Numbered from the stretch's first letter, positions 1 through 8,675 are shown. The stretch is DNA of 51,358 nt from a virus (IMGVR_UViG_3300036801_000054:1-51358), one strand, 5' to 3'. Made by a program: numbers and translations. The notes: a model not told the origin generated them from the letters alone.

Positions 1-127
1 GGAAGCATTGCCATTGTGCGCCCGGCCCTCCTCCTTGCCTTTCTTCGTCGGGTCTTTGGTCACGACGTTTGCCATGCCTTGCTCGCCCTGCCAGCAACCT
101 TCGCGCGTCGCGAAGGCGGGATTCGCG
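1..127. repeat. Exact 127-bp terminal overlap (copy 1); contig is circular
   Basis: 1-127 is identical to 51232-51358; 127 is a common assembler k-mer size; a reading frame continues across the join. Confidence 0.95.
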
Positions 128-1593
128 ACACCGGCCGCCGCGCCAGCCGCATCGATTCGCTCGCGCCACTCCGACTTAAGGCGCAGCCAGTCGCCCTTGA
201 CCGAGTTCCACACGTTGGTCATGGTAATGTGCGCAAGCAGCTTCATGCGAACGTCGGCGATGTCACCATGCACCATGTAGCAGAAGCCCGACATTTTCAG
301 ATAGGTCTGAAAACCGACGCTCTCGAATAGCGCTGGCGTCTCAAACTTACTCTTCGGGTCGGTCGTAATGATCGCTGGGTACTTGTTCAGATTTTGCGCG
401 ATTACTTGGCGGACCATTTCCGCGTAGAGCTCGGTAGTGAATCGGCCCGGAACAATGACCGATTGAAGCAGGCAAAACTCGCGCGACACGTCGTTATTCT
501 GGAACGTGAAAAACCCGCTGAAATCGTTGTCGAGCTTCAGGACGATGGCGGAATGAATCTGCATATTCTTGCGGGCCGCGCGCTTGGCGATCACGTCCTC
601 AATCGCTAGTTTCGCGACGTCGGCTTCGTAGCCTGACCCGATCACGCTTTTGCAGTAAATCCACTCGACTTTGGGCGCGAACAGTTGCGCCTGACCGATC
701 GCGGCATCGGCCCGCGCTTGGTTGTCAGGCAGAAGCGGCTGCGGCACGCCGCACTGATCCGGGCAGGCATCGCAGGTTCCAAGGTATACGTCTTCCGAAT
801 GTAACGACACGAGTTTCCCTCCTCCAATTGCGTCATCCTTGCGGGTCAAAATAATATCGCCGTTTGCCACATGCGGGTTCGACTTCTCGGCGCGCAGCGG
901 GTTATCTATGATCGGGTCCAGGGTCATCAGGTAGTCTTGCTTGCGTTTCGCAGTGAGCGCCCATTCGGATGTGCCGTATTCACAGGACACGACGCGGGCA
1001 ACGCTACGCACGCCGGCAGCCTTCAAGCGATTGATTTGGCCTACCCGATGCTTGAGCTGCGCGTCTGAGTCCAGCCCGCTGACGGACGTATTCACGACAG
1101 CGGACAGTGCGGCCAGACGCCTAATATGGTCATCCGAAAGCGGAATCCAATGCTTGGTGATGATGACCGGAATCTTGCCTGTTTCGCGCAGCCATTCGCA
1201 GACCTCGAGCGTATTGTCCCAATCGTGACAGGGTTCGCCAGCGGTGCCAATCCGATACCAATAGGACGGATGATCCCTGACTGTGCGGAAGATGCTGGCG
1301 CGATTGTCGGGCGTCAGTTTCCGCGACACGCTGACGGTAAAATCGATGCCGTAGCGCTCGGCGATCTTGTTGGCGTAGCACTCGCCATAACATCCAGTGC
1401 CGGGGCGCGCTCGCATACCAAGCGTGCAGCCCTTCACCGTATCTACGTCCAGCACACCCTTTTCATTCTCGGACGCCGTGAGAATCGGTAGGTACTGACG
1501 AAGACCGCCACCACTGGGCGCGCTATCGGCGAATAGGCCGGATTGCAGAACGATTGGAATAATCTTCGCTCGCGCTGCCGCTTGCTCAAGCAT
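1..1593 (-). CDS. 5' part of a 756-aa radical-SAM-like / GNAT-like / amino-methyltransferase fusion spanning the contig origin
   Basis: Manual translation shows no stop from ATG 1593 to base 1, in frame with ORF 50554..51306. Motifs: DTVKGCTLGMRARPGTGCYGECYA (C-x11-C-x3-C), RIGTAGEP, IITKHW, CDACPDQC, then GNAT-like FSGFFTF..EFCLLQSVI..ETPALFESVGF. Confidence 0.85.
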   Translation of the reverse strand, partial: MLEQAAARAKIIPIVLQSGLFADSAPSGGGLRQYLPILTASENEKGVLDVDTVKGCTLGMRARPGTGCYGECYANKIAERYGIDFTVSVSRKLTPDNRASIFRTVRDHPSYWYRIGTAGEPCHDWDNTLEVCEWLRETGKIPVIITKHWIPLSDDHIRRLAALSAVVNTSVSGLDSDAQLKHRVGQINRLKAAGVRSVARVVSCEYGTSEWALTAKRKQDYLMTLDPIIDNPLRAEKSNPHVANGDIILTRKDDAIGGGKLVSLHSEDVYLGTCDACPDQCGVPQPLLPDNQARADAAIGQAQLFAPKVEWIYCKSVIGSGYEADVAKLAIEDVIAKRAARKNMQIHSAIVLKLDNDFSGFFTFQNNDVSREFCLLQSVIVPGRFTTELYAEMVRQVIAQNLNKYPAIITTDPKSKFETPALFESVGFQTYLKMSGFCYMVHGDIADVRMKLLAHITMTNVWNSVKGDWLRLKSEWRERIDAAGAAAGVANPAFATREGCWQGEQGMANVVTKDPTKKGKEEGRAHNGNAS

Positions 1594-1846
1594 TGGCGTG
1601 CTTCAAATGTTTGCGCGCTTCGCGGCTGCCATGCTCGCGCAGCGCAATCGTGAGTTCCGCAATGCGCTGGTCCTGCTCGCGCAGAATGCGGGCGCTATCC
1701 GTGACGATCAGAAGCGTCGAGGCATCCGACACGCAATAACCGGCCGGAATCTTGGCAAGCTTGGCCGCCAAGTCCTCAAGCAGAACCGCAAGGTCAGAAT
1801 GCGTTGTGCGCGGATGTTTCATAAATGGTGGGGCTACTTGCGACAC
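1586..1846 (-). CDS. Hypothetical protein
   Basis: ORF whose stop overlaps the start of the fusion gene; start codon uncertain. Confidence 0.55.
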   Translation of the reverse strand: MSQVAPPFMKHPRTTHSDLAVLLEDLAAKLAKIPAGYCVSDASTLLIVTDSARILREQDQRIAELTIALREHGSREARKHLKHANA

Positions 1847-1972
1847 CGGGCGTCATGCTTTCGTACACCGGTATTGGAGTGACCTAGTCGCTTTCGCCCA
1901 TTTCCTGTTAGTTAGCCGCCCCACCCTCGATCCATCCGACTCCGGCTCGGAAGAGATCGCGGGCGGGCGGGG

Positions 1973-2815
1973 TTATTTCTTCGCCGCTTGCGCCGCGAGT
2001 TCCTTCAAGCGCTTCTCGATCGCGGCATCCAGCTCGTCGCGCTGCGTGTCGTCCTTGACTGCTCGGATCAAGTCGCGGGCCAAGTCGAAGTCCGCCCCGG
2101 TCGTGGCCTTGTTGATCGACTCGGCGATCTCGGCGAAGGAGAGCGCGTTGCCTTGGATTTCTGCGGCTGGCTCCGCCTGTTGCCGCAACGTCTGCTTGAG
2201 CGCATCGACGCGGCTCGGGGCCTCTACTTCTCGCAGCGGTGTCACATCGATGATGTCGCCGACTTCCTCCGACGTCGGGAATCCGAGCGCGATCTCAGGT
2301 GCATAGGCGCGAGTCCAGAACGATGCCGCGCGATAGATGAACATTTGCTCGGCCATCGTCAGCCATTTACTGCCGCTTTTCTTCGACCAGCCTTCGGCCT
2401 CGATCATCGGCCAATCGATCCACGTGCCATCGAGTCGTGCGCCGGTTTCTTTCTCGATTGCCCAGGCGCGGCAGGCGCGGTCCTTCTTGCCCTTCTCGCC
2501 TATATATTCGTAGCGCAGAGCCGAGAATCGGCCGCAGGTATTCACCGACGCGATCAGGAACACCGCGCGCCAGCCGGGGCGTCCTTGGATGATGTCGAGG
2601 TTATTCGCCACCATCAGCGGCGATGCACCGATGCGCTGCGCAATCTCGACAATCAGCGCACAGTCGGCCACCTTGCCGCGATAGACCGCGGGCACGAGTT
2701 CGGAGCTCGACAACATCTTGCCGGCGCGCTGCAGCAAATCGAACGCTTGCGCGGCGGCGAAGCCAACGTCGGTAGTGCGGTGCGGAAGGGTTACGACTGC
2801 GCTGTCATTCGGCAT
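1973..2815 (-). CDS. RecT/beta-like single-strand annealing protein
   Basis: LVPAVYRGKVADCALIVEIAQRIGASPLMVANNLDIIQGRPGW..SKWLTMAEQMFIYRAASFWTRAYAPEIALG; GGAGAG RBS; next to YqaJ. Confidence 0.75.
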   Translation of the reverse strand: MPNDSAVVTLPHRTTDVGFAAAQAFDLLQRAGKMLSSSELVPAVYRGKVADCALIVEIAQRIGASPLMVANNLDIIQGRPGWRAVFLIASVNTCGRFSALRYEYIGEKGKKDRACRAWAIEKETGARLDGTWIDWPMIEAEGWSKKSGSKWLTMAEQMFIYRAASFWTRAYAPEIALGFPTSEEVGDIIDVTPLREVEAPSRVDALKQTLRQQAEPAAEIQGNALSFAEIAESINKATTGADFDLARDLIRAVKDDTQRDELDAAIEKRLKELAAQAAKK

Positions 2816-3719
2816 TGCTCTCTCCTTTGGGTTTGACGAAACGGGCGTCGATCTGCTCACGCGGCTCGACGGTGTAGCCTTTGACTTTGATCAGCTTCCG
2901 GCGCAGCAGTCCGCCATCTGCGAACACAAGTTCGCTCGCGTCCTTCATGAATCCGAGCAAATGCGCCTTGGCTGCCGCCTCAACATCGGCATAGCGTTGA
3001 CGATTGGCGGTCGCCTGGTGGTACACGGAGCGCCAATGCTCAAGCTCCTGCGGCGCGTGCAGAACCTCGCCCGTCGTGCCGCGATAGAGCAATCGCAATG
3101 CCGCGATTGCCTCTGGCGCGTCCGGGTTCACGCTCGGCGGCGTATCGTGCTCAACATGCCACCAGAAACGATCTACGCCGGCCTCGATCATCTCCGCGAG
3201 TTCGGGATCGAACTGGACTTCGTAGGTAACGATCGGCGGGCGCACAAACAGAACGGGAATATGCGCGACCGCCAAGCCCGCAAGACTCATCTGTTGCGTC
3301 ACCTGCAACATGATCTCGTCGGGAATGTTCGCCGAGCCGGCCTCGCCGAAGCCATCGCGGGAGCCGCGTGACTTGGCTTCGACGACGATGTTGCTTGCTG
3401 GGCCTGGTGGCACAAGCGCATAGGCATCTAGATGCGCAATCAAACGCCCGCGTCGCAGTGTCGGTGGCTCCTCAGCCAGCATACAGCCGCGTTCCTGCGC
3501 GTACTCGCCAAGGATGTACGGTTGCACCGCATGGCCCCAGCGAAGCAGCGCGGTGTCGTCGGGCGGATCCTGCCGGCGCGTTTTAATCGCCCAGAGTTCG
3601 GCTTGCGACATCCGCCGCGAGAGCCCGAGCGCGGCAGCGACTTCGCTCGCGCCCACACCCTCAAAGCGGACGGCTTTCTGCTCGGCGGTGAGGCCGGCCA
3701 TGCGCTCGGGCGCGTTCAC
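2805..3719 (-). CDS. YqaJ-like viral recombination exonuclease
   Basis: GVGASEVAAALG, LRWGH, AHLDA, VEAKS, QVTQQM motifs; GTG start overlaps the upstream stop. Confidence 0.85.
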   Translation of the reverse strand: MNAPERMAGLTAEQKAVRFEGVGASEVAAALGLSRRMSQAELWAIKTRRQDPPDDTALLRWGHAVQPYILGEYAQERGCMLAEEPPTLRRGRLIAHLDAYALVPPGPASNIVVEAKSRGSRDGFGEAGSANIPDEIMLQVTQQMSLAGLAVAHIPVLFVRPPIVTYEVQFDPELAEMIEAGVDRFWWHVEHDTPPSVNPDAPEAIAALRLLYRGTTGEVLHAPQELEHWRSVYHQATANRQRYADVEAAAKAHLLGFMKDASELVFADGGLLRRKLIKVKGYTVEPREQIDARFVKPKGESNAE

Positions 3720-3952
3720 GCCGCCACCGGCTCGAACCATGCTCCATCCTTGCCGCATTGCGTCGGCGAATTCTCGCCGATGCGCATCGTCGTGCAGAAT
3801 GGCGGGCGCGATGGCTCACCTTCACCCGTGACCGCGTAATCCGATACCGGCTCGCGTCGCGCATCCCGGTGGGAGCAGAGCGACATCTCCACTCGGTCGG
3901 GCGATACGTTCGGATTCGCCAAGCGATGGCGACAGTCTTTGCAGAACTTCAT
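3716..3952 (-). CDS. Small Cys-rich hypothetical protein
   Basis: MKFCKDCRH...CGKDGAWFEP; coupled to the next gene. Confidence 0.65.
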   Translation of the reverse strand: MKFCKDCRHRLANPNVSPDRVEMSLCSHRDARREPVSDYAVTGEGEPSRPPFCTTMRIGENSPTQCGKDGAWFEPVAA

Positions 3953-3954
3953 CG

Positions 3955-4194
3955 TCAGCCCCTCGTTTCCGCACCATTCGCCTCGGCCCCGGCATCAGCG
4001 CTCGCATCCTCGACGCTGAACTTCGGCGCGTGAATGATGAGCGCGTCCTGGTCGGCGATCGGTGCTTCGTACTTTTTGCGTGTGAAGTGGCGGATTGCGG
4101 CGGCCTCACTGCGGGCGCGCACCAGCGCAACCGCCTTGCCGTCTTCGAAAACGATTCGGATGGGCGCCTTCTTGCTATCGGTCTTGTCCATCAT
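3955..4194 (-). CDS. Hypothetical protein
   Basis: LVRARSEAAAIRH; in the coupled early operon. Confidence 0.65.
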   Translation of the reverse strand: MMDKTDSKKAPIRIVFEDGKAVALVRARSEAAAIRHFTRKKYEAPIADQDALIIHAPKFSVEDASADAGAEANGAETRG

Positions 4195-4352
4195 TTCACT
4201 CCCTTGGTTAGCGTTACGACTTTCTGTTGGCGCTCGCGCTCGGCCTCGGCGCGCTGTTCACGTCTGATCTTTGCGAAACGTTTTCGCAGGTCCGTTTCGT
4301 GACTCGGCGTGTAGACGAATGCCCGGTCGAGAATCGAGCGCAGCGGCTTCAT
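4191..4352 (-). CDS. 53-aa hypothetical protein (not in ORF track)
   Basis: MKPLRSILDRAFVYTPSHETDLRKRFAKIRREQ...; ATGA overlaps at both ends. Confidence 0.6.
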   Translation of the reverse strand: MKPLRSILDRAFVYTPSHETDLRKRFAKIRREQRAEAERERQQKVVTLTKGVK

Positions 4353-5236
4353 GATTCGATCGCGTATTGCTTCGTTACGTTGCCATCTTTAATGCGGCCG
4401 ACAACGCATTGGCGAACCCAGGTGAAACCGCTTCGCAGCCGGCGAATATGCCCGCGCCTCACATGCATTGCTGGCGATGCGTGCGATCCATTTCCAGAAG
4501 GCCCTAGCGGCGCGCGATCATCTGCCAATACCAATGTGTAGTGCGCGGATAGGGGTCGCTTGCCGCGACGAATTCGCGCCGCATTGAGCTTCGCGTCCGG
4601 CTCATGTCTATCCATTTCCACATTCTTGCAAGCGAGCGCGCAGATCAACTCAAGGACTGGAGTCAAAGCTTCGTCGAAAGCCGACTCGCGCATCCGTTCC
4701 CATTCTTGCGCGCTGACGCCGCATGCGGTCGGATTGTAGAACCCGTAGCTGGCGACGGGTAGATACATCCCATCTTTAGTCCCATCAGATATTCCAGCGG
4801 CCACTGAAGGCACCCAAGCGAAACAGTCTGGAATTGGGGTCCAGATTTTATCGCCGCGTACTCGGCTCGCGATAAAGGAAAAAATTATGATTGCGTCTTC
4901 GGGTAGTGTGCCAAGATCACCGCCACTATCCGCGGTCGCTCCACGCCACGCTTTTGGATGGCAAGCTAGAACGCACATCGGGAGATGTTCGCGCCCGAGA
5001 TTGAACTGCAAGGCCACGCTCAAAAAAGGAAGGTGGATTACCGGAATACCGGCCCCGTGCATTTGGTGCCAAAGCGTGACAGCGTCCTGCTCTGGCCCGC
5101 AGGCCCAGCCGTTCTCCGGCAGGACAAATCGAGTGCTGCCGGCTAACAAATTGATCGCCGGGGCCACGCGCCCAGTGGAATCCACGAAATGCGCGCCGGA
5201 CAAGAAGTCGACGGCGCGGTCAGCATAGTGGTTCAT
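4349..5236 (-). CDS. Phage hypothetical protein
   Basis: C-terminal SHASPAMHVRRGHIRRL..WVRQCVVG basic motif of a kind seen in phage proteins. Confidence 0.7.
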   Translation of the reverse strand: MNHYADRAVDFLSGAHFVDSTGRVAPAINLLAGSTRFVLPENGWACGPEQDAVTLWHQMHGAGIPVIHLPFLSVALQFNLGREHLPMCVLACHPKAWRGATADSGGDLGTLPEDAIIIFSFIASRVRGDKIWTPIPDCFAWVPSVAAGISDGTKDGMYLPVASYGFYNPTACGVSAQEWERMRESAFDEALTPVLELICALACKNVEMDRHEPDAKLNAARIRRGKRPLSAHYTLVLADDRAPLGPSGNGSHASPAMHVRRGHIRRLRSGFTWVRQCVVGRIKDGNVTKQYAIES

Positions 5237-5340
5237 CGGTAGCCGAAGAAAACCGCCAGCACGGTCAGCACCGCGACGCCGAGGTAGGCGAGACAATCGA
5301 CGAGATCGTGGCCGAGGGCGTTAAGACGGTCGGCGATCAT
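5233..5340 (-). CDS. 35-aa single-TM peptide (not in ORF track)
   Basis: MIADRLNALGHDLVDCLAYLGVAVLTVLAVFFGYR; ATGA overlaps at both ends. Confidence 0.5.
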   Translation of the reverse strand: MIADRLNALGHDLVDCLAYLGVAVLTVLAVFFGYR

Positions 5341-5774
5341 GACCACGTCCGATGCTTCTCGGCGATGTGCTCGAAGCCGTCGTATTCGCTGACCTCATAG
5401 TCGAGGCCGTCTGGAATCTCGATGACGCGAAGCTTGGCGTACGCGCCGTCTGCAGCCTCGCCCATTTCGTCGACGACCTTGATCAGCAAGGCATCGTCGC
5501 GGGGGATATCGCGCGCGTTAAGGACAAACTTCTCGTCGGGCGAGAACGTCGTGATAAAAAGGCCGCGTCCTTTGTCAACGCCAGCGCGGTACTCGCGCCA
5601 TTCCTTGATCGACCGCGCGTATCCGAGGGCGCTTTCGTCGCCGCGTTCCTCGGGCGGGTAATACTTGTCGACCGGAGTTACTTCAAGCCCGGCGCAGCCG
5701 AGTTCGTACAGGCGTAACTCGGCCTCTGGCGACAGAGAGAAACCGCCATAGCAAGCGTTGATGACGACCTTCAT
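5337..5774 (-). CDS. Conserved phage protein
   Basis: MKVVINACYGGFSLS...RDDALLIKVVDEMG..LRVIEIPD..EYDGFEHIAEKHRTW; GGAGG RBS. Confidence 0.75.
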   Translation of the reverse strand: MKVVINACYGGFSLSPEAELRLYELGCAGLEVTPVDKYYPPEERGDESALGYARSIKEWREYRAGVDKGRGLFITTFSPDEKFVLNARDIPRDDALLIKVVDEMGEAADGAYAKLRVIEIPDGLDYEVSEYDGFEHIAEKHRTWS

Positions 5775-6124
5775 GACTGTTCCGCCTCCCGCAGCACGCG
5801 CTGGCGCAGATGATGGGCACATGTCCGCGCCTTCGTGATCGGGATGCAGCCGAGCGTGCAATCAGGGCAGGATGCGTCGGACTGCTCCGTCTCCTCGTCG
5901 TACTCGTCCTCACTCGCGCGGATCGCTGCGAGCATGGAGTCATAGGCGTTGCAGGCGCGGACGATGAAGCGCGCATTAGCTTTAGCGACTTTCACGTTGT
6001 AGCCGTGAATCACCGGCGCGATAGGAAGCAAATCGCCACCATCACCGACATCGAAGCCAATCATTGGCGCTCGCCTCCGCTTGTTCAACATCCACGGCGT
6101 CGGCGTATGCGCTTGCTTATCCAT
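5771..6124 (-). CDS. Hypothetical protein (HTPxPW-type early protein)
   Basis: HTPTPW..ANARFIVRACN; AGGAG RBS. Confidence 0.65.
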   Translation of the reverse strand: MDKQAHTPTPWMLNKRRRAPMIGFDVGDGGDLLPIAPVIHGYNVKVAKANARFIVRACNAYDSMLAAIRASEDEYDEETEQSDASCPDCTLGCIPITKARTCAHHLRQRVLREAEQS

Positions 6125-6132
6125 TCTTGCTC

Positions 6133-6399
6133 CTAGGATGGGTCGGCGGAGAGGATGGCGCGGAGTGCGGCAAGTTCTGTCGCCCAATTCTCGCCGCGAT
6201 ATTGTTGTCCAGTGCGCGCAAATTGGGTCGCGAACATACCGTTGAGCTCCGGCTCAATCACGTCATATTTGGCGATGAACGCTCCGATCGCCGCCACCGC
6301 CGCGTCATACTCCGCGAGCAGGGCTTCAGCGTCGGTGCGATGCACGGCTAGTTTGCCACCATTCGTAAGCCACTCGCGCAGTCGGGCGTGTGCGGTCAT
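6133..6399 (-). CDS. Hypothetical protein
   Basis: Coupled ORF in the early operon. Confidence 0.55.
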   Translation of the reverse strand: MTAHARLREWLTNGGKLAVHRTDAEALLAEYDAAVAAIGAFIAKYDVIEPELNGMFATQFARTGQQYRGENWATELAALRAILSADPS

Positions 6400-6596
6400 T
6401 CGCAAGCCTTCAGCGCGGCTTGCGCAATCTCTTGTGCGTTTTCAGCCGTCGGCATCTTGTCGGCGATTGTGCGCAGCGCCTTCACCAGCACCTCCCTCTG
6501 CTTGACCCCGGCCCGCAGGCCATCGGCATGTCCGCGCATGTATGCCGCGTTCAGGTCGCGCGCTTGGGCTTGCACCAGTTGCCCGAGGTCGGTCAT
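6396..6596 (-). CDS. Hypothetical protein
   Basis: Coupled ORF with ATGA overlaps. Confidence 0.55.
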   Translation of the reverse strand: MTDLGQLVQAQARDLNAAYMRGHADGLRAGVKQREVLVKALRTIADKMPTAENAQEIAQAALKACE

Positions 6597-6823
6597 TTGC
6601 TGTCCTTCATGAACTCGGCCGCGAATTCGTCGATCCGTTTAAGCAACTCGGTGTAATCGATGGCGGTTGCGTAGTTGCCCTCCGTATCAGCCTCGCCTTC
6701 ATGCAAAAGGCTGCTGTGCCAATCCAAGTCGTGCCCGTCGTTCCATCTCAAGTCGTGATCGGATGGATTGGACGTGAACTTCGTCTTCAGGAAAGCAACA
6801 AAATCGGCGACGGGATCACTCAC
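6593..6823 (-). CDS. Hypothetical protein
   Basis: GTG start overlaps the upstream TGA. Confidence 0.5.
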   Translation of the reverse strand: MSDPVADFVAFLKTKFTSNPSDHDLRWNDGHDLDWHSSLLHEGEADTEGNYATAIDYTELLKRIDEFAAEFMKDSK

Positions 6824-7029
6824 GCGAGCCTCGCCGGGATGTACTCGGAGCCGGTGCCACCGCAGCGCGGACAGATGAGCCGCTCGGGCTCGAGCAAATC
6901 GGCACCGCTGCCAATGCAGACCGCGCACAAAACGAACCGCCCCGGCACGACCGCGACCGGCGCGTCACGGAATCCGGCGACAGAGGCCGCGAGCGCTAAC
7001 ATATCGAACGGGGCAAACGGCGCGCTCAT
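6820..7029 (-). CDS. Small zinc-ribbon protein
   Basis: CAVCIGSG...CPRCGGTG (DnaJ-type CxxCxGxG repeats). Confidence 0.6.
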   Translation of the reverse strand: MSAPFAPFDMLALAASVAGFRDAPVAVVPGRFVLCAVCIGSGADLLEPERLICPRCGGTGSEYIPARLA

Positions 7030-7115
7030 CGCAGCACCGCCAACGCAATCGCCGCGCCGAGCAGCAGGACGGACGACGCGGCGCCGAGGGTGGAGATCAG
7101 CCAGTAGCGGGCCAT
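7026..7115 (-). CDS. 29-aa hydrophobic peptide
   Basis: MARYWLISTLGAASSVLLLGAAIALAVLR; TGATG coupling. Confidence 0.5.
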   Translation of the reverse strand: MARYWLISTLGAASSVLLLGAAIALAVLR

Positions 7116-7186
7116 CACGACAGCGCCAGCCAGAGGACGCGGAGCCAGATCAGCGCATCCGTGCAGAGCAGAAGCAGAGCGGTCAT
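7115..7186 (-). CDS. 23-aa hydrophobic peptide, first ORF after the leftward promoter
   Basis: MTALLLLCTDALIWLRVLWLALS; GGAG RBS. Confidence 0.5.
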   Translation of the reverse strand: MTALLLLCTDALIWLRVLWLALS

Positions 7187-7214
7187 TCGGTTCTCCGTGG
7201 GAATGCATGGGCGA

Positions 7215-7313
7215 ATATTAGGCGCCCCTTTATGCGTGCGTCAATAGGTCGCCCTAACTTTCCGACGAACGGTAGGTTAGCCTATTGACAGGCCACGCGC
7301 TGACGGCAAGAAT
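7215..7313. promoter_or_regulatory. Divergent sigma70-like promoters with three TAGG-N4-CCTA operators
   Basis: Leftward -35 TTGACG (7244-7239) and -10 TAATAT (7220-7215); rightward -35 TTGACA (7285-7290) and weak -10 AAGAAT (7308-7313); operators at 7219-7230, 7245-7256, 7273-7284. Confidence 0.7.
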
Positions 7314-7321
7314 CCAATCCC

Positions 7322-7513
7322 ATGCGCACCGAAGATGCAATCGAGCATTTTGGCAGTCAAGCAGCCCTTGCGCGAGCCCTAGGTATCCGTCCTCCATCCA
7401 TCGCGGACTGGGGCGACGATGTGCCGCCGCTGCGTCAATTGCAGCTCGAGCGACTCACCAAGGGCGAACTGAGGGCTGATCCCGCGATTCTCGAGCCGTC
7501 GAAGTCGGCATGA
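7322..7513 (+). CDS. cro: Cro-like HTH transcriptional regulator
   Basis: DAIEHFGSQAALARALGIRPPSIADWG..VPPLRQLQLERLTKGELRAD; first gene after the rightward promoter. Confidence 0.85.
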   Translation: MRTEDAIEHFGSQAALARALGIRPPSIADWGDDVPPLRQLQLERLTKGELRADPAILEPSKSA

Positions 7514-7782
7514 TTCCGCTTTCGACCATCTGTATGGTGGTCCAAGGCCCGTTCCCGCTCGCATCTTGGGAATTCGGCCGCCACTTGCTCGGCCGCACGG
7601 TCACCACGGTGAGCCTAGAGCAGTCGAGCTTCGGCATCGTCGGGCAGCGCTGCTACGCGGTCAAGATTCCCGATCAACCGGTCATTCTCGTCGCGACTCC
7701 CTGCCTGATCCCCCTCGCGCCTCCCTCGACCGATAGCGTCGAGCGCGGGACGGAGCGGATGCCGGAAGGGGTGCCAGCGTGA
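7510..7782 (+). CDS. Hypothetical protein
   Basis: Coupled ORF. Confidence 0.5.
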   Translation: MIPLSTICMVVQGPFPLASWEFGRHLLGRTVTTVSLEQSSFGIVGQRCYAVKIPDQPVILVATPCLIPLAPPSTDSVERGTERMPEGVPA

Positions 7783-8189
7783 GCCGCGCCCGCACCGCCG
7801 CGCTGCGCTTCCGCGAGACCGACTTCGACGATCGCGGTCGCATCCAGACTTCGCAGCGCGACTACAACGCGACCGAGGCGCAGGTTATGTCCGCCGTGCT
7901 CGCCGCGATGGCCAAGCATCCGAAAATCGCTTGGCGAAGGCGGCTCAATTCAGGCTTCGTCATGCTCGACAGCGATCGTCCGTTCCGCTCTGGCTTCGTC
8001 GGGTGCTCGGACATCATCGGGCAGACAACGGCGCTCTGGGGCGGCAGGTTCATCGCCTGCGAGTGCAAGAGTTCGACCGGCGTACTGACCGAAGCCCAGG
8101 AATCGTTCCTCGACGTCGTCAAGACTGCGGGCGGCATCGCGTTCGTCTGCCGCTCGCTTGATGACCTGTTCAGGGCGATACCGCTATGA
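7779..8189 (+). CDS. VRR-NUC domain nuclease
   Basis: EAQV..GCSDIIG..FIACECKSSTGVLTEAQESFL..GGIAFVCRSLDD (PD-(D/E)xK). Confidence 0.85.
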   Translation: MSRARTAALRFRETDFDDRGRIQTSQRDYNATEAQVMSAVLAAMAKHPKIAWRRRLNSGFVMLDSDRPFRSGFVGCSDIIGQTTALWGGRFIACECKSSTGVLTEAQESFLDVVKTAGGIAFVCRSLDDLFRAIPL

Positions 8190-8332
8190 CGATGATCGCT
8201 TGGCCCTGGCTCCTGCTCGCATTCTCGCTCGGCGGATTCTTTGGCGTCATGCTCGTCTGCCTGCTCTCAATCGGCCGCGCGCCACAGCCGCCGATCGCAG
8301 CGCTCGCCGACGTCAAGTGGCCGCGAGCATGA
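8186..8332 (+). CDS. 48-aa membrane peptide (not in ORF track)
   Basis: MTMIAWPWLLLAFSLGGFFGVMLVCLLSIGR; ATGA overlaps. Confidence 0.55.
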   Translation: MTMIAWPWLLLAFSLGGFFGVMLVCLLSIGRAPQPPIAALADVKWPRA

Positions 8333-8481
8333 CCAAACGCGCTCTCAGTTGGCACCTTGTCGCAGCCGCTTACGTGTGTTCCGCGGTGGAATTATCAGTT
8401 CACAATGATTACATCGCTATAGCTGCTTACTTGGTTGCCATAACGTTCGTGCCCGCGGCTTGCCTTGTGAGGTTCGCATGA
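8329..8481 (+). CDS. Small membrane protein
   Basis: Hydrophobic 50-aa coupled ORF. Confidence 0.45.
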   Translation: MTKRALSWHLVAAAYVCSAVELSVHNDYIAIAAYLVAITFVPAACLVRFA

Positions 8482-8675
8482 CCGCCCGCGACATCGACCT
8501 GTTGCCATTCACATTCGGCTTCCTGCTGTTCGATGCCGTCGTGTTCGCTTACAGGCGCGAGTGGGTCGGCATGTGCCTCTACCTAGCATTCGCGATCGTG
8601 CCCTACGCGACGAAGCGCTGGTCCGACAAGCAAGCGGCGGTCGTGCTGGTACAGCGGCGACGGAGGGCGGCCTAA
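8478..8675 (+). CDS. Small membrane protein
   Basis: Two hydrophobic segments; coupled. Confidence 0.5.
   Translation: MTARDIDLLPFTFGFLLFDAVVFAYRREWVGMCLYLAFAIVPYATKRWSDKQAAVVLVQRRRRAA

Noticed and set aside
1-127. Biological direct terminal repeat
   Set aside because: The length equals a common assembly k-mer, it falls mid-gene, and the terminase type and cos-like site point to cohesive ends elsewhere
750-1450. QueE assignment for the radical-SAM-like domain
   Set aside because: Cys spacing and flanks (GC..GC..CYA) lack the QueE-type QGEG and CDT motifs, and no other que genes are present
8-1491. Short ORF-track ORFs at 8-1491 on both strands
   Set aside because: They are shadows of the long minus-strand ORF that runs off the contig start
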